A stretch of 64,000 bases of DNA from an uncultured Verrucomicrobiota bacterium (GTDB taxonomy: Bacteria > Verrucomicrobiota > Kiritimatiellia > JAAZAB01): assembly GCA_964486075.1 (NCBI GenBank), contig CAZALU010000004.1, positions 4,016 to 68,015 of the forward strand, in the 5' to 3' direction. The position numbers were made by a program, and so were the translations under genes. Each line of letters begins with the position of its first letter. The stretch's first letter is position 1. Below, in pieces: positions 29,271 to 39,537 of this stretch. The notes below the pieces were generated by a model. The model was not told the origin of the DNA. It saw only the letters and a list, made by a program, of their open reading frames with translations, and did no database searches.

Positions 29271-30268
29271 ATATCGAGGAACCCGTAAAACCTAATCCGG
29301 TCCGCGCGCTGTGCTTGTTCTCGGGCGGACTGGACAGCCAGCTGGCGATTCGAGTCTTGCAAGAACAGGGGATCGAGACGCGGGCCGTTGCCTTCCAGAG
29401 TTTGTTTTTCGATGTATCGCGAGCGGAGGCCGCGGGCCGGCGTTTAAACGTTCCCGTCCTGGTGGAGGAGTTTACCCCGGCCATCGTGGCCCTCGTGCGT
29501 CATCCGCCGCACGGATTCGGATCCGGCCTTAATCCATGCATAGACTGTCATATCGCGATGATCCGTCGCGCCGGTGAGCTTTTGCCCGGGCAGGGTTGTC
29601 ATTTTATCGCCACCGGCGAGGTGTTGAACCAGCGACCCATGTCCCAGAACCGGAAAGCTCTGGATCTGATCGCGCGAGAATGTGGTTATGCCGACCGTCT
29701 GCTACGTCCGCTGAGTGCGAAACTGCTCCCGGAAACGGAATTGGAAAAGTTGGGCTGGATCGACCGCGAGCGTTTGTGTGCCATCGAGGGACGCAGCCGC
29801 CGGGCGCAAGTTGTGCTGGCTATAAAAATGGGGGTGTTGGAATATCCCCAGCCTGCGGGGGGCTGTCTGCTGACCGACCCCGGCTACGCCAGGCGTCTCA
29901 AGAACCTGAAAGAACACGAGGGACTCGAGTCGGTGGACGATATCGCCCGGTTGAAGATCGGACGGCATTTCCGGCTCGGTGCCGCACGGCTTATTGTCGG
30001 ACGCGACCAGGGCGAGAATATCAAACTGAGCGACTTGGTCCGGCCGTCGGAGTTTTCTCTGCGGACGCTAAATTGCCCCGGTCCGATCGGTCTTTTGACG
30101 GGCAATGCGTCGGCGGCGGAAATCAGGTGCGCGACGGAAATCTGCGCCCGCTACAGTGATTGTCCGCCAGCCGGCACAGTTGAGATAGAGGTGCGCTCGA
30201 ACGGCATAGCACAGACAATTATAGCGCGCCCATCTCTGCACGCCGTAGTAGAGTCCCTGCGAATTTGA
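29267..30268 (+). CDS. PP-loop ATPase, MnmA/TrmU-like tRNA thiolase homolog
   Basis: PP-loop CLFSGGLDSQ. NPCIDCH (cf. MnmA NPCxxCN) and IATGE (cf. ATGHY). ATGA overlap with dinB stop. Confidence 0.65.
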   Translation: MNIEEPVKPNPVRALCLFSGGLDSQLAIRVLQEQGIETRAVAFQSLFFDVSRAEAAGRRLNVPVLVEEFTPAIVALVRHPPHGFGSGLNPCIDCHIAMIRRAGELLPGQGCHFIATGEVLNQRPMSQNRKALDLIARECGYADRLLRPLSAKLLPETELEKLGWIDRERLCAIEGRSRRAQVVLAIKMGVLEYPQPAGGCLLTDPGYARRLKNLKEHEGLESVDDIARLKIGRHFRLGAARLIVGRDQGENIKLSDLVRPSEFSLRTLNCPGPIGLLTGNASAAEIRCATEICARYSDCPPAGTVEIEVRSNGIAQTIIARPSLHAVVESLRI

Positions 30269-30416
30269 GGTGCAGGCAATCTCTTCATAATCATGCTATT
30301 AGCATCATCCCTGGACTTTTATTCCTCCGTGTTCATATAAAATAAGAAAGTCGATCGACGTTCTTATCTTATATGAAGGCGACTCCGGATGGCCGGGGCT
30401 GTGGCTTGAACAAAGG

Positions 30417-30485
30417 CCTTTTCAGCCAATCTGTTGCATCTGCCGCGCAAGGTGGCAGTAGGAACCGGCCATAATGAATTGCCGG
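30417..30485 (+). repeat. conserved ~70-nt leader-like element, copy A (upstream of rluB-like gene)
   Basis: ccttttcagccaatctgttgcatctgccgcgcaaggtggcagtaggaaccggccataatgaattgccgg matches 61004..61075 nearly position by position. Internal hairpin CTGCCGC-gcaag-GCGGCAG. Confidence 0.6.
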
Positions 30486-30888
30486 CACAAACAAAAGAGG
30501 GGGTAGACAAGAGCGGGCATTTATGCGATGCTGCTAATCGTTGTTTTGGATGTGGCATGATGCCTGCCTGTGACGGGCGCGGCAGCAGGGCCATGCGAAA
30601 AACGCGGAGCGTAGGTTGAAGGGTAGTTAGTGTACGTGTCGGGGGTGGTATAGACTTTCAACTTACAAACCGCACCACACCGCAACGCAGATTGTTAGAA
30701 GCAGCCTTGCGGAGGGGTGCGAGAGCCTAAATAGTACGTCTAAAATTTCATCGAGGGGAATCTCATGTCTCAACATGTCAGCCTGAAATCAGCCAATAAA
30801 ATCAGGGCCCAGCGCAATGTTTTGAAACGGTTTGAGCGCATCGATCTGCTACGGGCGCGCGGCAAATGGAAAGAAGGGGATCGGGCCT

Positions 30889-31740
30889 ATGGACTCCCCA
30901 AAACCAAGCCCCAGGTCTAGCCTGCGCCTGCAACATTTTTTGGCGCTTGGCGGTGTGGGATCGCGACGAGCCTGCGAGGCGCTGATCGCTGCGGGGCGAG
31001 TGACGGTCGATGGTGTTGTCGTACGTCGCCAGGGAATATGTGTTGCCCCGGATACCTGTCGGATAGAGCTGGACGGACGGGTGGTGTGCACGGAGTCCAA
31101 AATCTGCCTGCTCCTCAACAAGCCGCGGGGTATTGTATGCACCGCCAGCGATCCGCAGGGCCGACAGACCTTCATGAATCTGTTGCCAGCTTCGCTGGGT
31201 CAACGCGTGTATACTGTCGGCCGCCTGGACCGCGACAGCGAAGGTCTACTGGTAGTGACCAACGACGGGTTTCTGGCGGATGGCCTGATGCATCCCCGGC
31301 ATAACGTGGAAAAGACCTATCTGGTCTGGCCTCGCCGCTTGTTGACTCCGAGCGAAGAACAGCGGCTCCGGCAGGGTGTCCAGTCGAAAGGCGAACGGCT
31401 TGCTCTTGACGAACTGGCCCGGACCGACAATATTTATCGTGTTCGATTACAAGAAGGCCGCAATCGGCATATCCGCCGAATGTTCGCCGCGGTTGGCGCG
31501 GACGTCTTGCGCTTGAAACGCATAGCGGTCGGATCCTTAAAGCTGGGGAGCCTGCGTTCCGGTGGCTGGCGCTATCTGGAAGACCGGGAAGTCGAAGAAT
31601 TGCGAAAATATATTCGGGAACGGAGTTGTATTGCAAACCGCGGAGGGGGATCCCATGAAATCAAGCAGCTTGTCGGCTCTGGGGATAATGTTGGTTATGC
31701 TGGCGGCTTGGACGGCCGTTGCGGCGCCGATAAAGATTAA
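30889..31740 (+). CDS. rluB: RluB/RsuA-family pseudouridine synthase (S4 domain + catalytic domain)
   Basis: S4-like LQHFLALGGVGSRRACEALIAAGRVTVDG. Catalytic GRLDRDSEGLL. Start set at MDSPKP after an AAGGGG RBS. 3' tail overlaps the next gene by 86 nt. Confidence 0.75.
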   Translation: MDSPKPSPRSSLRLQHFLALGGVGSRRACEALIAAGRVTVDGVVVRRQGICVAPDTCRIELDGRVVCTESKICLLLNKPRGIVCTASDPQGRQTFMNLLPASLGQRVYTVGRLDRDSEGLLVVTNDGFLADGLMHPRHNVEKTYLVWPRRLLTPSEEQRLRQGVQSKGERLALDELARTDNIYRVRLQEGRNRHIRRMFAAVGADVLRLKRIAVGSLKLGSLRSGGWRYLEDREVEELRKYIRERSCIANRGGGSHEIKQLVGSGDNVGYAGGLDGRCGADKD

Positions 31741-32650
31741 GGCGCTGAAAAACAACGTCAACCTGCGGGCCAAACCGGTTGCCGATGCGGAAGTTGTCGG
31801 CCAGGTTTCGGCTAACGATATCCTGAACTCGAAAAGTATGGATAATGAATGGGTGGAAGTCGTGCCGCCGACCAATGTGGACCTTTGGGTTTTCGGGGAT
31901 TTTGTCAAGGGCGGTATTATCCAAAGCCGCCAGAGGGTGAATGTCCGCTCCGGGCCCGGAATCAACTTTGCCATTGTGGGCCAATTGGAATCCGGTGCCT
32001 CCGTGACGCTCCGGGGCGCTATGCAGGACTGGATCAAGATTGCTCCGCCGGAAGCTTGTTCGCTGTGGGTTTCCCGGTCGCTGGTGCAGGAGGTGCCCGA
32101 TTTGCCGGCTCAGTCGGAACCGATTAAAGTTGCGCCAGCAAAGCTTGAACCGGTCAAGTTTGAGTCGGTTATAAACACGCCGGACGTGGCACCGCCTGTT
32201 AAGAAACCCGATGAGCAACCGGTAGAGACAACGACGAGGACCAAGCCGGCATCGGAGGCTGTGCGCACGCCTGCGTCCGTGATCCTGGGCGCGAATGCGT
32301 CCGAGTCTGCAACACAACAATCCGCGCCGATCCCGGCCGTGCGGGATAACAGGGAGACTGCCGACGAGGCACCGTCCGACCTGAGGCTGGTGCCCTCGGC
32401 GGCGCAAGGAGAATGGAAACAATATGACGGAATTCTGCGTCCCCGGGGCGTTTTCGCGCGCACGCCCAGTCGCTACCGGTTGGTTAGTTACGACCAAGAT
32501 GGAGACAGCAAAACCGTTTGTTACGTTAAGGGCAATAACGACCAGCTCTCGACCCTGATAAACCGACCCATGATCATCAGCGGGCGCGAATACTGGGTTC
32601 AGAAACAGATCTACCCTGTTCTCGTGCCCGACCGCATCGTGCTGAAATAG
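31655..32650 (+). CDS. secreted protein with two bacterial SH3 (SH3b) domains
   Basis: GGAGGGGG RBS then MKSSSLSALGIMLVMLAAWTAVAAP signal peptide. Two SH3_3-like units (VNLRAKP...EWVEV and VNVRSGP...DWIKI). Pro/Ala-rich linker. Confidence 0.7.
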   Translation: MKSSSLSALGIMLVMLAAWTAVAAPIKIKALKNNVNLRAKPVADAEVVGQVSANDILNSKSMDNEWVEVVPPTNVDLWVFGDFVKGGIIQSRQRVNVRSGPGINFAIVGQLESGASVTLRGAMQDWIKIAPPEACSLWVSRSLVQEVPDLPAQSEPIKVAPAKLEPVKFESVINTPDVAPPVKKPDEQPVETTTRTKPASEAVRTPASVILGANASESATQQSAPIPAVRDNRETADEAPSDLRLVPSAAQGEWKQYDGILRPRGVFARTPSRYRLVSYDQDGDSKTVCYVKGNNDQLSTLINRPMIISGREYWVQKQIYPVLVPDRIVLK

Positions 32651-32659
32651 ATTCCGGGC

Positions 32660-32989
<330 letters not shown>

Positions 32990-33030
32990 GACGCTGTCTC
33001 CTTCAATAAATAATATCTACGAATCGGAAC

Positions 33031-34320
33031 TTACAACAGTGATTCCGGCATCGGTAAAACGAGGTCCGGCCCAAAAGCCTGGGCTGCCATGACGTAAACC
33101 AGGCCGGCCATCAGTATTACCACGCCGACTGCAACGGCAAAAAAAATGGGGCTTGTCTCTTCCGTTTCGATCGTGGCTGGCGCTTGCCCGATCACGGCTT
33201 TCGGCGCCGTCCCCGTGGGCGCATTCGGTTGCCGTAGTTTGACGGTTCGTGGAGCCGCCAGGTTGCTTTCAGTGCGCTTAATCTTGATAGTCTTGCGTTG
33301 GGAGATTGTGGCTGGCCCGTTTTCCTCCGGCGCATTGCCGCCTGTGACCCCGGCTTTCATTATTGTTGGGGCTTCCGATGCCAAACCCGCCTCGCCGGTT
33401 TCCGCCAAGCTTGCGGCAACGGGCCGTTTCAAATTGATCGTTTGCGGTATCGGCTCGCTGCCGGGAACGATGTTTATGACGGATGTCCCGCGTTTAGCTG
33501 AGGCAGGCGGAATGTTTTCCGTTTCCTCCGGATCCACCAAGATGCGCGCGGTAACCATCTTGGCCTGGGAGAGGTCAGGCATACGGCCCAAGGTCGGTGC
33601 TTCGCTGATTAAATCGGTGCGGGCCTTGGCCGGGATCGGCAGCGCCTGGGTTAAACCGCTGGTTCGTTTCAGCCGGATGGTTTGGGGAATCACCGTGATG
33701 GGGGAAGTCGAACGTTTGGCCTCCCTTGAAGAAGCATCGTCTGTCCTGGGCGCCACGGTAATGCGCGACGTGTTTTTTTTGTCGCTGTCCCGGTCCGGGC
33801 CATTCCCGTTTTTACTACGCTCACCCGAGCGCGGCCGGGCAACTCCCACGGTGGGGACATTCATAGGGCTCGTTTCGAATTTGCTCGCAGATCCGGGGGC
33901 ATCCTCCGCCTCCATTAATTCCGAAATCGGCATGGTGACGTTCTTGCGGTCAATTGGCCCTGGCACCGGCTGCTCCGTAGCCATTAACTCCGATATCGGC
34001 ATGGTAACGTTCTTGCGGTCAATCGGCTTAGCCGGCGGGCTAAGAGCATTGTCAAGATTGATCCGCATGGTTTGCATTTTTGGGTTCGGTGGCGCTCCCC
34101 CGGGCTGGATCCCTTCTTTTGCCAGCGGGGCGCTGCCGGATGCGGATGGCAGCATGGCTGCGGGATTTTCCTTGTCCCCGGTTGCCGGACTGCTCTCCGG
34201 CCGATTTTCGATCAGCGGCAGGGGGATTAGCCGAGTCGTGGATTTTTTTGCGGCAACATCCCTGGATGCCTGGTCTGCCGCTTGATTTTCAGGTATGTCA
34301 GTCATAAACTTATTTTCCAT
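33031..34320 (-). CDS. low-complexity, repeat-containing tail-anchored membrane protein
   Basis: No signal peptide. Exact duplicate PIDRKNVTMPISELM. Recurring T-I/V-x-L/I-K-R motif (TIRLKRTSG, TINLKRPVA, TIKIKRTES, TVKLRQPNA). Single C-terminal TM IFFAVAVGVVILMAGLVYVMAA. Confidence 0.55.
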   Translation of the reverse strand: MENKFMTDIPENQAADQASRDVAAKKSTTRLIPLPLIENRPESSPATGDKENPAAMLPSASGSAPLAKEGIQPGGAPPNPKMQTMRINLDNALSPPAKPIDRKNVTMPISELMATEQPVPGPIDRKNVTMPISELMEAEDAPGSASKFETSPMNVPTVGVARPRSGERSKNGNGPDRDSDKKNTSRITVAPRTDDASSREAKRSTSPITVIPQTIRLKRTSGLTQALPIPAKARTDLISEAPTLGRMPDLSQAKMVTARILVDPEETENIPPASAKRGTSVINIVPGSEPIPQTINLKRPVAASLAETGEAGLASEAPTIMKAGVTGGNAPEENGPATISQRKTIKIKRTESNLAAPRTVKLRQPNAPTGTAPKAVIGQAPATIETEETSPIFFAVAVGVVILMAGLVYVMAAQAFGPDLVLPMPESLL

Positions 34321-34335
34321 TTAGTCCGCAAACGA

Positions 34336-34899
34336 CTAAATTACAAGCATTTCCTTTTCCTTGGCCGCCAGGATCTCATCCATTTTCCGGATAGTATCGT
34401 CCGTATATTTTTGGATATCCTTGAGCCCCTGCTCTTTTTCATCCTCGGTGATCTTGCTTCTCTTTATCAGATCTTTGGTTTGTTCATTGGCTTCCTGGCG
34501 TATATTGCGCGCCGCGACCCGCGCTTTTTCAGTCATTTGTTTGGCCACCTTTATCATTTCCCGGCGGCGTTCGCCGCTGAGCTCCGGAATAGGCACCCGG
34601 ATGACCCGTCCATCGTTTAGCGGGGTGATGCCGAGATTGGCCGCCATGATGGCCTTTTCGATGGCGGGCAGGGCGGTGGGATCGTAGGCGTTGATGACTA
34701 TCAGTCTCGTATCGGGGGTGGCAATATTGGCTATTTCCCGCAAGCGGACCGACGATCCGTAATAAGAAACGGTAATATGTTCCACCAAGCTCGCGGAGGC
34801 TTTGCCTGTGCGCAGCCCCGAGAACTGTTGGTTCAGAAATTCCACAGCCTTTGCCATTTTATCGTCGGTTTCAAGCAGCACATCATCCAAGCTTTCCAT
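34336..34899 (-). CDS. frr: ribosome recycling factor
   Basis: Full-length RRF similarity (VEHITVSYYGS ... RREMIKVAKQMTEKARVAARNIRQEANE). Confidence 0.9.
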   Translation of the reverse strand: MESLDDVLLETDDKMAKAVEFLNQQFSGLRTGKASASLVEHITVSYYGSSVRLREIANIATPDTRLIVINAYDPTALPAIEKAIMAANLGITPLNDGRVIRVPIPELSGERRREMIKVAKQMTEKARVAARNIRQEANEQTKDLIKRSKITEDEKEQGLKDIQKYTDDTIRKMDEILAAKEKEMLVI

Positions 34900-35053
34900 T
34901 TTATCATTCCTCCCAGCGCGGGCGCCGGCGGCAACCCAGAAAATTATTAACCACTGATGACATGGATTACACTGATTGGATAATACAACATTTATATTTC
35001 CTTTACATCCGTGCTATCCGTGAAATCCGTGGTAAGTTTCCCTATTGTAATTA

Positions 35054-35950
<897 letters not shown>

Positions 35951-36028
35951 TTACATGGGTGGATGTCGGGCATGCTCTCCAGAATCTGGTTCGGGGTATA
36001 TTCGTGTGCCAAACCTTTTCCCTGCGGT

Positions 36029-38461
36029 TCAGCGGTCTATCCGGGTCACGCCCAGACGCAGTATGGGTAGGACGTCGTTTTCCAGGGTGTGATTCAGATC
36101 GAAGAGCATGAATCCGCCGGCGCCTGAACTCCGGATGCGCAGGATTTGATCGATGACTTGGTCCGGCGCCAGCCGACTTTCGGCGGCGGTTACGCCGATG
36201 CCGGGGAAAATCCGATCTTTTGAGTTTGGCAGAGCCGTTTGGCGCTGAACCAGTGCGTTGAAAGCGGCGGCACTCTCGACATAATCCATTGGGCAGACGA
36301 AATCCACCAGGCCCTCTTTGAGCCACAATCCCCAGTCCTGGCCGATGCTCCCCGCGCAGCCAGGATAACCGGGATAGACGGCGACAGAGAGTTTGACGCC
36401 CGGTTTGTGTCGCCGGATCAGATCGTGCGTGGACCGCATAAAAGCGGTTATCCGGCCGGCTCTCCAAGCGCTAAAAGAATTTTTCAGCTCTCCGGATTTG
36501 ACGCTATCCGGCCAGCCGCGGACCGTTCCCCCGCACCATTTTTCGAATTGCCGTCGGCAACCAGGGCAAAAACAGGACTGGTTGCCGGGGTAGCGCATAT
36601 AGTCCAGGTGAATGCCGTTCACCTCGGCCCGGCCGATCAATTCGGATATCACGTTAAGCTCATGGCTGATGTTGTCGGGGTGGGTGGGGCAGAGCCATTG
36701 CAGGGTTTTCCCGCTGTCGGTCTGCTGGAGCCGCCCGGCCTGGCGCAGCTGCTCCACCAGCGAGCTCGGGGCCTGACCCAGATTCCAGCATATTATCCAG
36801 GCGTGCAATTCCAGCCCGTAGCGACGCGCCGCCGCTGCGCTCTGTTTAAGCTGGTCGCCGTAAGCGTTGGCGATGGATGAGGTGGGAACATATCGGCTCG
36901 GGTAATGCGCTGTGCCGGCCCAGGCCAAGTTGGGGAAGATCGCGCTGATGCCCGCTTCGGACAGCGCCCGGCAGGTGGCATTCCAATTGCCGGGATAAAG
37001 CCCCATCCCGGAATGGTTCCAGACGCCCCTAAATTCGGGTGTCCGAGGATTCTGAACGGCGGCATAAGCGCGAAGCAAAGCATCTTGCAGTTCCCGGCCG
37101 GTGTCCACCAGCTCGGCATATTTTTTGCCGGCGCTCTCGGCCCGCATCCGGTCATCCAGTGTCTTAACCCGGGCCAGCAAAGGTTCCACGGAACGACCCT
37201 GGTCCAGCCGCCGGATTCCGGCCAGTGACTCCGGCAGGCTTTGATACGTGGCCGCTTTGCCGGACTTGTTCCAGGCGCGTTCCGCGGCATGGCGCCAGAG
37301 CGATGGGTCCAGGGAAGCAAGCATGGCCAACAACATTTGCTTTTTATTTATCTCGTCGCCATCCATCAGGATGTGGGACATCCAGAATCCCTGGCCGGAG
37401 CGGACCCAGGCCGGATCAGCCAGGGTTTTACCTGAGGCATCCCGCCAATAAGCGATGATTGTGGCGTCAGTTGAGTTCGGATGAGCCGCCCGGATGTTGC
37501 TCGATTCCTGGAAAACGACGGCAGGCATGTGGTTTGGCGCGGCGCGGTTGAAAGTGAAACTGCTCCATTGCCCCGGCCGCGTTGCGGTCTGGTACTTGCC
37601 GAGGCTCATACCCATCAGCTCGGCCAGCCGAGGATCGGACGAGTAGCATACGACCAGTTTGCCGCCGCGTTTCACGAATGATTCCAACGTCCGGAGCTCC
37701 CGCCGGGACGGGCCGGGGTTATAGGGCAGGATCACGATTCGCGTTGTTTTCAGGGTGTTGACGTTTAGGAGCGCATCATCGATCACGGAGTGGGGCAGGC
37801 CCAGATCGGTAAGCCAATGGCTCCAGCGCGCGGCCGCGCTGCGCGCCGCGTTGGCTTCATTCTGGTTGGGGACGGATTCTTTGGCGCGCAGCACGACCAT
37901 ATCTCCAGAGCGGGCGCGCAGGGCGTGAATAACAACATCGGTGTTCAGGTCCGTGCCTCGGGTGAAACTGATCCGAATGCCGCTGATGGCGTTCCAGGCC
38001 GCGGGCCGACCTTCTGTGGCGGCGTCCTGAAGGGACAACCATAATTTTTGCCGACCGCCTTCCTTCAGGCTGGGTAACCACAGGCGCCAGCCCTCGCCGC
38101 TTTTCAGGTACAGACCGAAAGAACGGATCGCTTCCGGCCGCGCGCAGGAAAAATCCAGCTCAAGCGTCGTGACGCCGCTTAAATCAAGGTTGACCGGTTG
38201 GTCCCAGAAAACGCGCGCTGGCCCGGACTGGAACGGACAGGAAAAGCGAATACCGCCCGCGATTCCGGTATTCGCCCGCGCGGTGGGAGATCCGGGACTC
38301 GCTTTCCATGCGGTTTCCGTGCCTCCTGCTTTTTTCGGCGCAAAGAGGTCGAGAGTGCGAACATTGTCCGCTCGGACCTGAGCGGCACCCAGGAGCGTCA
38401 GCAGGGCCAGGCGCATCAGCGGTCGGCGATTTATTCTGGCGATATTTTGGATCTTCAACAT
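36029..38461 (-). CDS. glycoside-hydrolase-like family 10 (GHL10/DUF187) protein with N-terminal signal peptide and extra N-terminal domain
   Basis: TIM-barrel-like region carrying the hallmark Cys cluster SCFCPGCRRQF. Signal peptide MRLALLTLLGAAQVRA. Confidence 0.65.
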   Translation of the reverse strand: MLKIQNIARINRRPLMRLALLTLLGAAQVRADNVRTLDLFAPKKAGGTETAWKASPGSPTARANTGIAGGIRFSCPFQSGPARVFWDQPVNLDLSGVTTLELDFSCARPEAIRSFGLYLKSGEGWRLWLPSLKEGGRQKLWLSLQDAATEGRPAAWNAISGIRISFTRGTDLNTDVVIHALRARSGDMVVLRAKESVPNQNEANAARSAAARWSHWLTDLGLPHSVIDDALLNVNTLKTTRIVILPYNPGPSRRELRTLESFVKRGGKLVVCYSSDPRLAELMGMSLGKYQTATRPGQWSSFTFNRAAPNHMPAVVFQESSNIRAAHPNSTDATIIAYWRDASGKTLADPAWVRSGQGFWMSHILMDGDEINKKQMLLAMLASLDPSLWRHAAERAWNKSGKAATYQSLPESLAGIRRLDQGRSVEPLLARVKTLDDRMRAESAGKKYAELVDTGRELQDALLRAYAAVQNPRTPEFRGVWNHSGMGLYPGNWNATCRALSEAGISAIFPNLAWAGTAHYPSRYVPTSSIANAYGDQLKQSAAAARRYGLELHAWIICWNLGQAPSSLVEQLRQAGRLQQTDSGKTLQWLCPTHPDNISHELNVISELIGRAEVNGIHLDYMRYPGNQSCFCPGCRRQFEKWCGGTVRGWPDSVKSGELKNSFSAWRAGRITAFMRSTHDLIRRHKPGVKLSVAVYPGYPGCAGSIGQDWGLWLKEGLVDFVCPMDYVESAAAFNALVQRQTALPNSKDRIFPGIGVTAAESRLAPDQVIDQILRIRSSGAGGFMLFDLNHTLENDVLPILRLGVTRIDR

Positions 38462-38495
38462 GATGGATTAGACATTTATAGATTTTCCGCCATAG

Positions 38496-38518
38496 GCGGA
38501 TCCGCTTTCGGCGGACAA
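38496..38518 (-). repeat. third copy of the GGATCCGCTTTCGGCGGACAAT core motif, just upstream of the GHL10 gene
   Basis: ggcggatccgctttcggcggacaat. Same core as 7243 and 8290 and the same position relative to a minus-strand gene start. Confidence 0.5.
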
Positions 38519-38982
38519 TTTATTGTAACCGCGACCGGTGGTCGCGGTCTTGGAACCCCAGAACCGACATCAGCGATGGCGGCTACAAAAACAATCACTC
38601 CCCGCTCCGGATAGAGGAGCCGGCTTTATAATCCGTCAATAGAGAATTGCCACACATGGCCTTTTCTTATAACATATTTCCGCTGATGTGAACAGCAAAG
38701 GAACCGGCGGCCGGTCAGGTTCAATTTTATCCACTCAGGACCGCGATGTAAAACAAAAAAATATTCATTATCCGTGAAATCAGCGGAATCAGTAGTTTCA
38801 GCTCGGGCTGATCCGCCCAGGCGAAAAATTTATTAGGTTGCGGGCATGGCCCGCATTGGAACCATAAACTATTTCTTATGACTCAACCGTTGAACCGTGA
38901 CTAGCTTAACCCTCCTGTGCCCGAGCGCTTTCTCCTACGCGCGGTCGCTTCGGAGGACGAGTCGGAGGGCAGGCCATCAACC

Positions 38983-39537
38983 ATGAACCATTCTTTGACG
39001 ATGACTCAAAAAAAATGCGTATTTTTTGACCGCGACGGAATCGTCAATGAATCGCCCGGCGTGAGGAAATATGTCCTGGACTGGGATGATTTCCGTCTGT
39101 TTCCCGAATTTCCCGAGTGCCTGCGCGTGGCCCGGCGGCACGGTTATGAATCCGCGATTGTGACCAATCAGCGCGCCGTGGCCTTGGGGCTTATCTCTGT
39201 CGGCCGGCTGAATGCAATTCATCAGCGCTTGCGTGAGCTTTTGGAGAAAGAACATCGGCTTGCTCTGCTTGATATCGAGTACTGTCCGCATGACGTCGGC
39301 CAGTGTTTCTGCCGTAAACCGGAGCCCGGCATGCTGCTGAAGATTGCGGCCCGGCATGATATTGAACTGGGCCGTTCCTGGATGATAGGGGACTCGGAAT
39401 CCGATGTGGAAGCCGGCCGGCGTGCGGGCTGCCGGACGATCCGTGTCGGTCCGTCGACGATTCCCTCCCAAGCCGATATTCTGCTGGACAGCATGCGGAA
39501 CCTGCCGGCTCGGCTCGATGCTCTGCTGAAGGCCTAG
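38983..39537 (+). CDS. gmhB: D-glycero-D-manno-heptose-1,7-bisphosphate phosphatase (HAD family)
   Basis: FFDRDGIVN HAD motif I. Zn-binding CPHDVGQCFCRKP. GDSESD motif. Confidence 0.8.
   Translation: MNHSLTMTQKKCVFFDRDGIVNESPGVRKYVLDWDDFRLFPEFPECLRVARRHGYESAIVTNQRAVALGLISVGRLNAIHQRLRELLEKEHRLALLDIEYCPHDVGQCFCRKPEPGMLLKIAARHDIELGRSWMIGDSESDVEAGRRAGCRTIRVGPSTIPSQADILLDSMRNLPARLDALLKA

Noticed and set aside
30440-30470. Sigma-54 promoter reading (TGGCAG ... ) of the conserved leader element
   Set aside because: The GG-N10-GC spacing does not fit in either copy.
31661-32497. 278-aa minus-strand ORF
   Set aside because: Antisense to the SH3b protein gene. Arg/Gly/Pro-rich low-complexity translation.
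33146-34285. 379-aa plus-strand ORF opposite the repeat protein
   Set aside because: Either strand could in principle code in this low-complexity region. The minus-strand ORF was chosen because it has a C-terminal TM anchor, exact peptide repeats and fits the frr-trxA operon direction. Kept as lower-confidence.
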